From Octopus sinensis (Eukaryota), in contig NC_043021.1 of the NCBI RefSeq assembly GCF_006345805.1, positions 9,858,001 to 9,922,000 of the forward strand: a stretch of DNA of 64,000 nt, written 5' to 3'. The position numbers and the translations under genes are program-made. Each line of letters starts with the position of its first letter. Position 1 is the first letter of the stretch. Under the pieces are notes generated by a model, which searched no databases, had not been told where the DNA came from, and saw only the letters and a list, made by a program, of their open reading frames with translations. Shown piece by piece: positions 1-12,603 of this stretch.

Positions 1-164
1 GCAATACCATTCGTATGGATATCAAAACAGCAATATCACACATTCACAATATCCAGTCGTTAACATGACCAATATATGATATCCAGGCAGCAACGCCACT
101 CATACTGGATGTCAGAAAAGCAATACTATTCATACTGGATATCCAAAATGCGACAGTAACAAAA
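1..164 (+). repeat. Degenerate ~30-bp tandem repeat (about 5 units) ending at a splice-donor-like site
   Basis: Units such as gcaatactattcatactggatatccaaaat / gcaacgccactcatactggatgtcagaaaa recur every ~30 nt; followed by AAAA|GTGAGT at 165. Truncated by the window edge. Confidence 0.55.
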
Positions 165-319
165 GTGAGTGTTTCACAGCAATATCACCTCCCTTCATAT
201 TTGATTATCAAGTTTTTTTATCCAGCAAGGTCTACGAAAGTTAAAAAAGAGTTTTGGAAATTTTACAGAAATTATATTTGTGGTTGGTATGAGAAAGAGC
301 ATTCAGCCATAGAAATTCT

Positions 320-553
320 TTTCTACTCTAGGCAGAAGGCCCAAAATTTTTGGGGGAAGTGTGTGTGTGGAGGGGGGGGGGGGGCAGTTGATTAGATTGA
401 CTCCAGTGTGCAACTGGTACTTAATTTATCAACCCTGAAAGGATGAAAAGCAAAATCAACCTTGGCGGAATTTGAACTCAGAGCATAAAGACAGACGAAA
501 TACTGCTAAGCATTTCATCCAGCGTGTTAACGTTTCTGCCAGCTCACTGCCTT
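320..553 (-). mobile_element. tRNA-derived SINE, family A
   Basis: Reverse complement reads taaggcagtgagctggcagaaacg (A-box-like) ... gttcaaattccgcc (B-box) ... gctttttcatcctttcagggttgataaattaagtaccag; the same body recurs many times in the window. Confidence 0.85.
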
Positions 554-705
554 AGAAATTGAACCCAAAAATGAAACATTTGCATGACATGCAGTTTTCT
601 GACCTGTCTAGGTGAGCAGTACCTACTGAAAATGGGTTGATTCCAACCATGGCCACTTGGTCAAGCCATACCAGCATGGCAAGCAGACATAAACAATAAT
701 TCTTT

Positions 706-1150
706 CTACTTTGGGCTCAGGGCCTGAAATTTTGTAGGGAAGAAGCTAGTTCATTTACATTGACCCCAGTGCTTCACTGGGACTTATTTCATTGACCCTG
801 AAAGAATGAGGAACAAAGCTGACCTCAGTGGCATTTGAATTCCAAACGCCAAGCACAAAGAAATGTTGCTAAGCGTTTTGTCCAGCGTGGCAACAGTTCT
901 GACAGCTTGCCACCTTGGACACAAATAATGATAATGATGATTATTATCATTGTTTAATGTCTGCCTTCCATTGGTTTCAAATTTTGACACGAAGCCAGCA
1001 ATTTTGGAGGATGGGGTAAATCAATTACATTGACCTCAATACTCAACTGGTACTTATTTTACTGACCCTGAAAGGATGAATGGCAAAAATAACCCCTGGC
1101 TGAATTAGAACTCAGAATGTAAAGATGGACAAAATGCCACAAAACATTTT
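706..1150 (-). mobile_element. Two decayed family-A SINE copies
   Basis: Both 706-915 and 965-1150 contain the ...ctggtacttatttt..tgaccctgaaaggatgaa..gcaaa..aacc motif of family A. Confidence 0.75.
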
Positions 1151-1494
1151 GCCAGCTTGCTGCTTTGGATGTAAACAATGATAAAGATATTGCTAGGAAC
1201 ATGACACAAATTCAAGGACTCAATCTCCAATGATGTGATAGTGCTTAATTATTATCAAAATCTTCACTAATAACAAATAATTGAGCAAGAAGTAAAGATA
1301 ATAGACAAATTATCATCATTTGCTAAGTAATTAATATTAGGCTAGGTTATTATAATGACAGTTGGCCAATATATATATATATATATACAGCTGCATAAGA
1401 GACTAAACCTAATACTGGTGGCTATGTCCACATGACTACCATCATTTACAAAGTAGTTAATGATAGGGGTGTTTTAATGACAGATGATGAATAT

Positions 1495-1750
1495 AGGCAC
1501 AGTCACGGCTGTGTGGGTAAGAAGCTTGACACCCAACCATATGGCCTTGGGTTCAGTCCTATAAACATTGACAACCGATGTTGGTATGTTTATGTCCCTG
1601 TAACTTAGTGTTTCAGCAAAAGAGACTGACAGAATAAGTACCAGGCTTTAAAAAAATGAAAGTACTGGGGTTGATTTATTCAACTAAAATTCCTCAAGGT
1701 GGTGCCCCAGCATGGCAACAATCCAATGACTGAAACAGGTAAAAGATAAA
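1495..1750 (+). mobile_element. tRNA-derived SINE, family B (internally deleted)
   Basis: Head ggctgtgtgggtaagaagc...gggttcagtcc and tail cccagcatggcaacaatccaatgactgaaacaggtaaaag match the fuller copy at 3240-3626. Confidence 0.75.
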
Positions 1751-1807
1751 AAGCGATTTTATTTGCAGACTTGAAATTTTGTCAGCAGCTGTATAAATAC
1801 CAAGGAT

Positions 1808-2125
1808 TCACTATTATGAATTTTTAATTAAGTTATGGATATATACATATATATATGTAGGTGTTGTATTATTCATAATATTTTGAACAGCGTTTGGAAG
1901 GTCTTTATCACTTTTGTTATCAATATAACCTACTTCACCAGACAAAAATTCAGAAACATGTTTATCTGAATCAACCAAAGACAAGTCAGTTATTTTCTCT
2001 TTTTTTTTTTTTTGCCTTTTACATTTTGTAAGTCTTCGAGTGTAATTACCTCATGTTAGAATTGCTACCTGATGAAACCATATCGTTAATTACAAAGATA
2101 TCAATCTCCACTTCGAATGTTGAGA
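1808..2125 (-). CDS. Possible coding exon (unidentified), apparently frameshifted
   Basis: 78 stop-free codons (2050-1817) including EKITDLSLVDSDKHVSEFLSGEVGYIDNKSDKDLPNAVQNIMNNTT, closed by TAA TAG TGA; a long poly-T tract lies upstream. No homolog recognised and the acceptor is non-ideal. Confidence 0.25.
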
Positions 2126-2214
2126 AAAAAAAAAAAAAAAAAAAAAAAAGAGTAAAAAAGTAAATAAAAAAATACCTAACCAAGCACTGTTGATAATATT
2201 GTATTTACAATTGT

Positions 2215-2398
2215 ATTTGGATGGAAATGGTTTCATTTTGCATTATCTCATAGCTTTGAGATTTCAATGTTGTGATTTGCTATTTTTAGAATGATATTGT
2301 TGGGTAGGTGTGAGAGGCTGAATCAGACCAGTTTGAATGCAGGTACAATATTTGGGATGGATGTCTGGTTTATATGCTAAAAGGTTAAAGGTTAAGCT
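2215..2398 (-). mobile_element. piggyBac-like (TTAA) MITE, family 1
   Basis: Begins ttaaccttttagcat on the minus strand; body matches 4538-4766. Confidence 0.7.
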
Positions 2399-2719
2399 TA
2401 CACAGTCGTAGTTTTTGTATATTATAAGACAATGAAATAAGTACAAGACAAAACTTACAAAATTTTTTTTTTAAAAAGTATGTTTTTCTCAAAAGGTTAT
2501 AAAGTAAAAACAATATGAAATAAATAAACTACAGACATGCTACAAACAATAAACAAGATATCTTAGTTTGCCAGTTCGAAACTCTTAACTACCTCAAAGT
2601 TTCTGAAACCAAAAGATTGAACACCAAAAAGCAACTTAACAAACCATCATTTTGAAAAATAGACAGCTGAGTAGATTTGAGTGACACAACAGATTAAGAA
2701 AGCCAATGAGGAGCCTTTA

Positions 2720-3165
2720 CAGAAGGCATTCAACCTGCTAGAGATAGCAGCCAAATCTTCCAGAAATCAACACTAGCATCTTATAAAAAAAGAGATATTG
2801 GATCATATGGTCCTTATGCAGTACCAGGGATGAAAAGAATAAGTTGGTTACAGCTGGTATGCCTTTCATTGTGATTGATCAAGTATTACCTAGGGCTACA
2901 TAACAACAACTGATCAAGCAACTAATTACTTTTGCTTGGTAGATAAAAAAAACAAGCCTCCTAGAATTAACCTCCTAGAAATAGCAATCAAATCTCTCAC
3001 GAATAACACACTATCTTATAAAAAGGAAGGGCATTGGGTAACGAGGTTGTTATACACTACTAATACACACACAAACACCAAAACTTAGGATAGTCACAGT
3101 TGGAATGGCTTTGATCACAAATTTGCTCTATCAGAGCTAACCTGGAATTGACATTACTAAACTGC
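2720..3165. repeat. Two adjacent copies of a ~200-bp dispersed repeat
   Basis: cctgctagagatagcagccaaatc...cttataaaaaa...caacaac occurs at ~2725 and ~2970; related copies at ~4780-4960. Confidence 0.6.
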
Positions 3166-3239
3166 CTCAAAGGGCCTGCAAAGGCCATGGGTATAATTCT
3201 TTCCTCTAGTCATTGAAGTAACAAGATACAAAGCCTATA

Positions 3240-3626
3240 CTCTTTACTCTTTTACTTGTTTCAGTCATTTGACTGTGGCCATGCTGGAGCACCGCCTTTA
3301 ATTGAGCAACTCGACCCCGGGACTTATTCTTTTGTAAGCCCAGTACTTATTCTATCGGTCTCTTTTGCTGAACCGCTAAGTAACAGAGACATAAACACAC
3401 CAGCATCGGTTGTCAAGCAATGCTAGGGGGACAAACACAGACACACACATATATATATATACATATATACGACAGGCTTCTTTCAGTTTCCGTCTACCAA
3501 ATCCACTCACAAGGCTTTGGTCGGCCCGAGGCTATAGTAGAAGACACTTGCCCAAGGTGCCACGTAGTGGGACTGAACCCGGAACCATGTGGTTGGTAAA
3601 CAAGCTACTTACCGCACAGCCACTCC
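3240..3626 (-). mobile_element. Near full-length family-B SINE
   Basis: Minus strand: aggagtggctgtgcggtaag (A box) ... gggttcagtccc (B box) ... internal (TA/TG)n ... gctccagcatggccacagtcaaatgactgaaacaagt(aaaagagt)n tail. Confidence 0.9.
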
Positions 3627-3639
3627 TCGTAGTATAGAT

Positions 3640-3995
3640 TTTAGAATTACCAGCACTACCAGCATGTCTATTTGAATGACCAACACTGCAGACGTGCCTT
3701 TTAGAGTTACCAATACTATTCAATGGATGTTAGAATCAACAATGCTATTGGTATATCTATTAGAGCAAATAACACTACACTTCAGAGTGATCAATAATAT
3801 AGATATGTCTATTAGAGGTATTGGCATGTTTATTTAAGTTGGCAATGTTAGAAACATGTCTATAAGAGCAGCCACTATAGATGTGTCTGTTAGAGCTATC
3901 AACAATATAGTATGTCTATTAAAACCACCAACATTATAGACACCAGCACTATTGCCAGACATAGAGCAACAAAAACTATGAGCATGTATATTAAA
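3640..3995. repeat. Degenerate ~30-bp minisatellite
   Basis: Recurring tatgtctattagag...caacactatag-like units. Confidence 0.6.
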
Positions 3996-4537
3996 GGAAA
4001 GAGGGAAGAGCTAATTTAACTTGACCAGTACCTATTTTAGTGACCCTGGAAGGATAAAAGACTAAGTCTACCTTGGCAAAATTTTAAGTCACCCAGTAAA
4101 GTATTTTTATTTACTACTATTTATGAAGGCAGAGTTGCTACTCTAGCAACTCTGATTTCTTAAATATCATAGGGAAACTCCAAATTATCATAGATTAAGA
4201 TGTTAAACTGAATAACACCACTTATTACTGATGATGAATCATCAGTCTTTGGCTGGCTGAGAAGGTCTGACTATCAACAAATCAGCCATCTTTGGAGTCT
4301 ACATGAATAACTTCTAAAATAAAGAAATATTAGATCATGACAGCAATAATCTTGCTTTGCTTCCAGATATCAAGTTAATTCATATTAAAAAAAAGGCAAT
4401 ATCAAGTGTGTTCAGGCCTTAAGTAGAAGGTGCGCTCTAAAGTAAAGAAATACTCAGGAAGTCACTTCTCAAGATGTTTGGCTCCAAGCTAACACTTGAC
4501 CAAGAAGTGGCAGTTTACTTTACATTATTAGACTTGT

Positions 4538-4766
4538 TTAACCTTTTCGCAGTTAAACTGACCACATCAGGCCTGAATATGCTACCAGTTTTAAGTTCAA
4601 ACTAGCCAGATCTGACCTCTCACACCTGCCCTGCAATGTCATTCTAAAAGTAAACAATGACATCATTTGAAATCATGAAGCTACAAGATAATATATGATT
4701 AATTCAAAACAATGTGAACAAATAAGTATAATATTTGATAAAGTTATCTGAATGCTCAGGGGTTAG
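4538..4766 (+). mobile_element. piggyBac-like (TTAA) MITE, family 1
   Basis: TTAAccttttcgca...tgctcaggggTTAG; short terminal inverted repeats with TTAA-type ends. Confidence 0.75.
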
Positions 4767-5499
4767 ACTACTGCAGTTACTCAAACTGCTTGAAATAGCA
4801 ATCAAATTTCTCACATAACACATTGCTCTGTTGTCTCAAAAAAAGGAAAGGTACATGAAACAGTGTTATATTTTAGACATATGAAAAAACAGGCTGGTTG
4901 TGACTGATGACCTTTCACCTTAGACATACTTCATCAAGTCTGATTTGGTCTTAACAACAGCAGAAAAATGGCAATGGGGATTTTCATGCTTGCATTTGCT
5001 GGATGAATTTTCAAAATAGCCTCACTCCTATCATGTCTGACAATGATAATTTCTCTCTTTTATGAATTAGATTGGTCCTTATCGCCTAATATCAGACTTG
5101 ATAACAGATAACACCTTCTACCTTGGACCATCATCAGATATTATTAACACTTTTGTTGATACCAGCACAATTGAAGAGATTTAAGCATTAAAAACTTTAC
5201 ACCTATTTATGACCTTCCCAGGAAAAGTGAGTGAAGAAAATGGAAGGCTGGACAATATGTGAAAGAGCTCTTGGCATAATTTTATATAATAAAGGTAAAA
5301 TAATCACTTCATTTAAACAAAAATAACACTTTGTAATATAAAACCTCCAAATAAAGCAGCAATACACAAAATTATCATGTTTACAAATGATTGACTGGTT
5401 ATAGAAAGCATTTGACAGACTAAAACACCAAAGATAAACAAATGTCTATCAGCACTTGGGATATGAGACTACCAAATAATAAAAATGCAGATGGAGCTA

Positions 5500-6190
5500 A
5501 CAGCAGTGGTAAGAAGTGAATGAGAGAAAATATCAGATTTTAAAAGTAAGGAGTTAGGCAAGGCAATGTACAATCTCCAAGCCTATTGAAGCAATACATT
5601 AAGATAATGCTTTATTTTACTTATAATGGAGATGATTTTAAAAACACATAACTACAGTAAATTATAAAAGAATGTCCAATAGAATGGTAAAATAGTCAAT
5701 AGTAATCAGCAAGAAACAATAGTTACCAAAAATATACATCACTAATAAGGATAAACAAACTGAACAGATACCAAAGAGTAATATACCAGGGATATACGGA
5801 ATCAGGAAAAGAGAAACGTGAAACAGAAGTCAGATGAAAGATTGAGATAGCCAGGAAGTTTTAAAAGAATTTCAAACATTAACCCAAAGAAACATAATAT
5901 CAAAACCAGATTATTAACATGTAATGTTTGGACTGCTCTTGTATATGGAGTTGAAACACGGACATTAGAAATCTTTGAGAATATCATGGACAGAGCATCA
6001 AAGCAATGCTGATGAATCGAGAATTCAAAAATTAAGAAAATTTTATTAAACATCATCAAAGATAGAAAACTAAAATATTTTGGACACTTAATTGGAAAAA
6101 ATGGATTACGAATGTTGTTTATAAAAGATAAAATGAAAGAGAAAAGAGAAAGAGAAAAAATTAAGAATTACATGAAAGAATAATATCAAG
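5500..6190 (+). mobile_element. Decayed RTE-clade LINE, ORF2 3' part
   Basis: Broken frames give VWTALVYGVETRTL and LLNIIKDRKLKYFGHL, matching RTE C-terminal motifs (LYGxETWTL; RxLxYFGH). Confidence 0.75.
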
Positions 6191-6610
6191 AATTGCACAA
6201 GTTTAACCCTTTAGCATTCAGATTACTCTGTCAAACGTAATACTTATTTATTCCACAGAGGCAATGACGAAAGACGGAGACCTCTGGAGATACGCTGTGA
6301 CTGAGAAGACCTGGCAAATAAAGTGAGTTCACACCAGTGTTGCATAACCAGCCCACTCAAAAAGTACCCAGAGAGACTGTCCAAAATAAGGAAGATAAGA
6401 AAAATCCCTTTTCCCCGGTAGTATGCAGTAGACAATGAAAATGCAAGAAAGATATATTATTGAGAATAAATACTCAGCTGGTGTATGATGTATACAATGA
6501 ACATCTATGTGGTTGTATGGTGTATTCAGTAGACTAAAAATACCTGATTAGTGTACGGTATTTGTATTTACTTATATAAGTACATCTGGTTAATGTATGC
6601 ATTACATACA

Positions 6611-6995
6611 ATTATACAAAGAATGTCTGACTGATAGAGAAATAAATTTCCCATGGATTAAATTACATTTAAATCTGCAATCTCAGCTGAAAAGTGTTGC
6701 CTCCAGAATAAGCAGAGAGTTGAAGTGGTGGTGGTGGTGGTGGTGGGGACAGTGAGCGCAGGTAGGAGAATTAAGAATTGGAGAATGAAGGAGTATGTAG
6801 AAGAAAAGAGAGCAAATGAGCAGGTTGAAGAAAGAGACAATGAATGAGTGGATTGAAGACCAAGTAAGCGAGTAAGAAGTAGAAGAATGAGAGAAAGAGA
6901 GAGAGAGTAGGTGGAAGACAAGAGATTGCAGATTTAAATGTAAGTTGATGTTGAGGAACTTAATTCTATATCAGTCAGACATTTCTTTGTATAAT
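6611..6995. repeat. Inverted repeat (arms 6611-6684 and 6922-6995) around a purine-rich core
   Basis: attatacaaagaatgtctgactgata...ttacatttaaatctgcaatctc is reverse-complemented by gagattgcagatttaaatgtaa...tatcagtcagacatttctttgtataat. Confidence 0.8.
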
Positions 6996-7370
6996 GAAAG
7001 ATTTTAAAAATCATAAAAGACTAAGCAATGAAAGAAAAATAGCACCAGAAGAATAAAAAAAAAAAGCAGATTGAAAGTGTGAAATATGACAATATAGCTG
7101 AGAGTAAGAGAGGGGGGGAGAGAATGTGTGTGTGTGTAAGAAGTGACATAAAATGTGAATAAAAGTGTATGGGAAAATGTCATGAGAGAAGAAGTAAGAG
7201 AAGAATGGAGTGGGAAAGAGTAAGAGTGCATAGGGATATAAACAAGCTATGATTGTTTAATTATATATAAAAGTGACGAAACCCAGATTTGAGAAACATG
7301 AAAAGAAAATCGACAAGGGAGAAGTGGGGAATATTGAAAAACAAAAACAAAACAAAAAAAAACTATATAT

Positions 7371-7595
7371 ACATCATCGTCGTTTAACGTTTGTTTTCCA
7401 TGCTAGCATGGGTAGCCGGTTTGACTGGGGTCTGGGAAGCCAGGAGGCTGCACCAGGCTCCAGTCTGATCTGGCAGTGTTTCTACAGCTGGATGCTCTTC
7501 CTAATGCCAACCACTCCGTGAGTGTAGTGGGTGCTTTTTACGTGCCAGGGGGAGGCTGGCATCGACCACGTTTGGATGGTGCTTTTTACGTGCCA
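7371..7595 (-). mobile_element. Short retroposon family C with (GAT)n tail
   Basis: Minus strand ggttggcattaggaagagcatccagctgtagaaac...catgctagcatggaaaacaaacgttaaacgacgatgatg; about 15 copies in the window (e.g. 8005, 10310, 13385, 17230, 22341, 52240, 57270, 58315, 63730). Confidence 0.85.
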
Positions 7596-8799
7596 TATAT
7601 ATATATATATAATCCATACAGGCAGTTAGAGGAAGTATTTGCTCTTGAACCAATCAATTTCATATCCAGAAGTGTTTGACCCTAATAGCAAGAACCTTTG
7701 CCAAGAAAAGTCTACTAAGCAACGAGTAAATGAGTGAAGCTAGAGTAAAAAAACTGCAACAATTGCGGACCAATACATTCTTCTAGGTCTTGTCCTGCAT
7801 ATGTGAAGAAATACGTTAGTAGTGCTAAATTAGGCTACTTCAGTAATTACTGCAAGTCAAAAGCACTGTATTCTACTAAATCTTTCCATAATGTTAATGT
7901 TAAGAGTATGAATTGTAAACAGTCTGATTATGTCTGAGAAGAAATCCCATCAAGCCAAGTGAAACCGTAGTCATGGCAGATATTGGTATCATACAAACAG
8001 GTACCCATGCCAGTGGCACGTAAAAGCACCCACTGCACTCTCATAGTGTTTGGCGCTAAGAAGAGCATCCAGTCGTAGAAACCATGCCAAATCAGACTCG
8101 AGTCTGGTGCAGCCCCCCTCACCTTACCAGCCCTGGTCAAACCATCCAACCCATGCCAGCATGGACAACAGATGCAAAATGATGATAATTCATGTCAGCA
8201 AAATTATCAACTGAATGGATGCCCAGTTCAAATGCAATTGGTTTCTGGTGCAGTAGGCTTAATCACTTCTGCTTCACTGTTAGTTACCAAAGTAACCATT
8301 AATTATCAAACCTACTAATTGAGATTAACTTCTTTTAATGGTTCGAAATTAGAAGTAGTAGGCTCTACAATAGGTTTAATCTCTAAAGGGGATTAAAAAA
8401 CAGCTCTTCAGCCTTGCTGTGGCCAACTTTGGATTAATTAACACAGACAATCTGAAAGGTACATCATATTACTACATTTACGAATGTTACTGTCAATAAA
8501 AGGCAATAACGAAATGAAATTTCACTTTCATGTACAATTAAAAATAAAATTTGTTTAACATGACCACTTCCATTACATATACAAAAGGAGGTAGAAAATG
8601 GAGTTTACAATCTATCTGGGAGTAATGTTCAAATAAAGATATAAATCATAAAAAGTCTTATTGAAACCTTCAAACTAAATTGATCATATCCAGTTAGAAG
8701 ATGGCAATGAAATATTTTACTTTATCACAATAATGGAAACTGAATTTTATACCAATTGTTTGAGTGTACTAGAAAAATGCTAAGTTACAAAGTGTAATT

Positions 8800-9181
8800 G
8801 ACTCTTTTTACTATTTAAACTAACAAAATCTGGCATTTTACGTCTACCCTACAATGTCATTCTAAAAATGAACAATCACTGCATGATTAATTAAAAACAC
8901 AATGTGAATAAATAGGCATTACAGTTGACAGAGTAATTTGATTGCAAAAGGGTTAACCCTTTCGTTACTGTATTTATTTTGAGATGCTCTGTGTTTCTTT
9001 CAATTACTTTAAATATAACAAAGAATTTAGTGAAATAACTTAGTTATCATTCAGCTAGTGTTAGGAACATAAATTGTGACTAAAGTTTGGTGGAAAATTT
9101 TAATTCAGAACTTATGAAAACAAGACATTTGTACTACAGAGCCAGAGGCAGTTTCAGCCAGGTTGGTATCAAAAGGGTTAA
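8800..9181 (+). mobile_element. Two TTAA MITEs abutting through a shared TTAA (family 1 3' part; family 2 at 8953-9181)
   Basis: ...gcaaaagggTTAAccctttcgttac...gtatcaaaagggTTAA. Confidence 0.8.
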
Positions 9182-9264
9182 ACAATACGATTCAAACTTT
9201 TTCTTATCCATCTCCTTATCTTGAAATAATATTTAGTAATATGCAAGAAGTAGAATAACTTAGC

Positions 9265-9920
9265 ATGCCAACAAGCAGATCAGTTTGGATGAGGACCATT
9301 AAGCGATTATGTAAAATAAATACAAGCTATGATCTTTACAACAGATTTTTGATGGGTGTCAAAAATAACAGCTTCATTTTCCAGATGGCATACCCATCTT
9401 TGTCGGAACAGAATAAAGAGAAGATTCATGAAAATGCTGTTTGTGTTACAGTGAAAGGAGCTAATACATTAATCAACCCAAATGAACGCATTTGTCAAAT
9501 ATCTTCCATATATTAGAAATTTTAAAGGATGGGATCAAATCAATAAGATTGAACAAATTAGAGTTCCTAAAAAAAAATATTTGAGATCGACAAATTATTA
9601 CTACTAAATATTTGCAGTTAAACTTTTTCTTTCAGTAGAAAGGCATGTCTTTACTTGTAGAATGCATAAAAAAAGATGGCCGTTAAGGAGACAAAAGATT
9701 TTCTTGACGATGATGACAGTATTGAGCGTGAAACAATTCTTACTGCTGATACTTCTGAATTTGCAGCAGCAGGAAGAATGTCTCAAATGGGAAAGTCTAT
9801 AGCATAAGTTTATCATATATGAAACAGTACTCAGTGAAGCTGGAACAATAATGAGTGGAAGACAAAAACTTTCTTTAGGTGAAATCTCAGATACTAGAGA
9901 TTTATTATGAAAGGAGAAAA
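9265..9920 (+). pseudogene. Decayed hAT-type transposase C-terminal fragment
   Basis: Broken frames: CLKWESL*HKF...ETVLSEAGTIMSGRQKLSLGE, resembling the hAT dimerization domain (WW...FP; SERxFSxAGxIxxxRRxRL). Weak, by-eye. Confidence 0.4.
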
Positions 9921-11789
9921 GCCTAAATTTCATATGCAGTTCATACTTTGTGCTCAACAGCTGTTTCAGTAAGATAAACGTGAAATGTTTTATCTTTTAC
10001 TTGTTTCAGTCATTTACCTAAGTAGTGACACACCATCACAGAGGAGGTGCATAATTGGAGAGGGAACTCAGAAGCCACAATGATATAACAACTAAAGTAA
10101 CTTACTAGTGAGCAGGTAGTAGAATGAAGAATTATAGAACAATTCATATTTTTAAAAGATCTTGGTGTTTCCACATAAGTTTTTCAGTGGGCCTACTTAT
10201 TATCACAATGACTTCAAAATAATTCACAAGCCTGGTAAAACCATCAGTCTTGTTAATACTCTTAGTAGACTAAGATCATTTGTTCTTTCCTGTCTTGCAA
10301 GTTACTTGGCAATCCCACTAGTGTTGCTGGCATGAAAAAAATTATCTAGTACATACTGTAAAGTGGTTGGCATTAGGAAGGGCATCCAGCCATGAAAAAA
10401 GAAAAAAACTATACTAAAGTTGACATGGAGTACAAATACAGCCCTATGGCTCAATAGATTCTGTTAAACTGTCCAACCCAAGCCAGTTTGGAAAACAGAC
10501 ATTTAAGGATGATGAAGTAATGATGAATTAATTTTTGCTGGATCACAGACAGTTGAAGATATCAAAAATCATTTCTACACATGTATTGTTTATATTTGCT
10601 AAAATAATTGCATTGTTGGAAAGTTTGGTTGAGACTAGCTCTTTCAACAATTTGGCAGACATTCATCTGAACTAACTGCAGAGAATGATCTTTAAGTCAA
10701 TGAAAAGGAGCCATTTACTCCTGAACCTTATTATGAGAAAGTTCTTTTCACAATTTGTAACACATATGAGATTGTTTATGGTGGCCTAATTTTGGTAGAC
10801 GTATTGAAAATTTTTTCAGATTTTGTGACATGAGAGCTAAATTCAGATTAAAATAATTTCCTTGCACTGATTATGTGGCCCAAATTACAACACTGGGAAG
10901 GATTTCACATAGACTAGAGATAAGTATGAAATACTGAAAATGTATAGACTATAGTTGTTTCAGTCACTACTTGGATTAATGTTCCAGTAGGCATTTGGAA
11001 ACATTAGAAATGTCTATTTTCATCTTTTCTAGACTTGATGTTCCAATCACAGTGGACATTGGACCAGATTTCATTCAATTAAAGAACTGCATAGATTGAT
11101 TTGGTTGCAAGACCAATCTATAGTCTACTCTGTAGATCTGGACAACCAATCAAGCCCAAACTATGGTCCAAATCTAATGGTGCAACAGAAAGAGCTGAGT
11201 AAACAATCATGTCTATATTAAAAAATTTACAGCCCATCAACTGTAATACTTAATGAAACGAGAGTTTACTAACGATTTTTTCAATTGCTCTAAAGCTACC
11301 ACTTGATCATGAGGTCACATGAGAAGCCAGTGGCATAAGCCTCTTAATAACATTATTACAATTACCAGATGTGCTTTGAGAAGGATATAAGCAGCTATTT
11401 GTTTAATTGATGTCAAATGAGCTTTGTCATTTACATATTTACATATTTTATCCCGGCTGTGTTTCTGCCAGCATAAATCAAATAATGTGCATCTGCAGCA
11501 AGTAAAATTTCCCACAATATTGTTCTTGTAATAAATATATCATTTGTCCAACCTCATAAAATGGTTTCTGACAGGTCAACATCAATTTCTCCAACCAATA
11601 CTGCAACAATTTCCAACACCTCACATACGTTAATGCTATTAAATCATACTAATCCTTACAGTAACTTACGTACTGACACACTGACACACCATCACAGAGG
11701 ATGGTGCAGAATTAGAGAAGGAACTCAGAAATCACAATGATAATAACAACTAATGTGATTTACTAGTAAGCAGGTATAGTAGAATGGAG

Positions 11790-12235
11790 AATTGCAGAAC
11801 AAGTGAGAAGGTGGATGAATGAGGTGTCAGAGAACAAGTGGAAAGAATGAAGAATTCTTGAAGACTGAATGAGGAAGTAGAATGGTGAAGCTGAGGACAA
11901 GTGAAAAATATGGAAAATGTAAGGTAGGGGGAGTTAAAATGAAGGGGTAAATATCAATAAAGGATGAAGACAAGTGGTGAAAGAAAAACAATCAGAAAAA
12001 AAAGACAGATTGAGAATTAAGAAATCTAAGATAGTTTGAGTGACAGTGAGAGAGGATCATAAATAAAAGTAAAATAAAATGTGAATAAAAAGTGGGAGAA
12101 TGTCATGAATGAAAAAATACTTAAAGAGAACAATAAGGGATGGTAGTTGCAAAGCAGTGTACAGAGAGGGAAATAACAAAAGACTGTATAGAGATAGACA
12201 AAATAGGAGTGTTTAATGAGATAAAAGTGACAAGA
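11790..12235 (+). repeat. Purine-rich low-complexity tract
   Basis: Strong A/G bias on + strand, C-poor; same style as the tracts at 15.5-19.9 kb. Confidence 0.6.
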
Positions 12236-12603
12236 CCTCAGTGTTTATTTAAATAAAACTGATTATTTATATAGCAGTCACAAGGCATGACTGTTTAGTG
12301 ATACAGGGCAATACAGACTTCAGAGTCATGAAGGGACAAAGTAGAGTAAAAATATTGAAAAGATAAGATAGGGGTGTATGTGTGCGTGCACATGTGTTTG
12401 TGTATGTATACATGAATATATTATTGACAGCACGTACTCAATGTATGTGTTTTGTTTGACTCTTCCATTGCACTGGGTGTTAAAACACCTGAATGTCACA
12501 GATAGGTGAGACAACTTGCCCCAGATCTCATTTGGAAGTGATGGATACCAATATTTTGCCATTTTTGTGGCTTATTAACATCACGTACCTAACCAGGAAT
12601 AAA

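Noticed and set aside
2264-2446. Terminal exon AYKPDIHPKY...
   Set aside because: It is a copy of the TTAA MITE family 1.
4130-4154. Perfect 11-bp palindrome gttgcta-ctc-tagcaac as an RFX site
   Set aside because: No promoter context; similar palindromic cores occur in the local repeat family.
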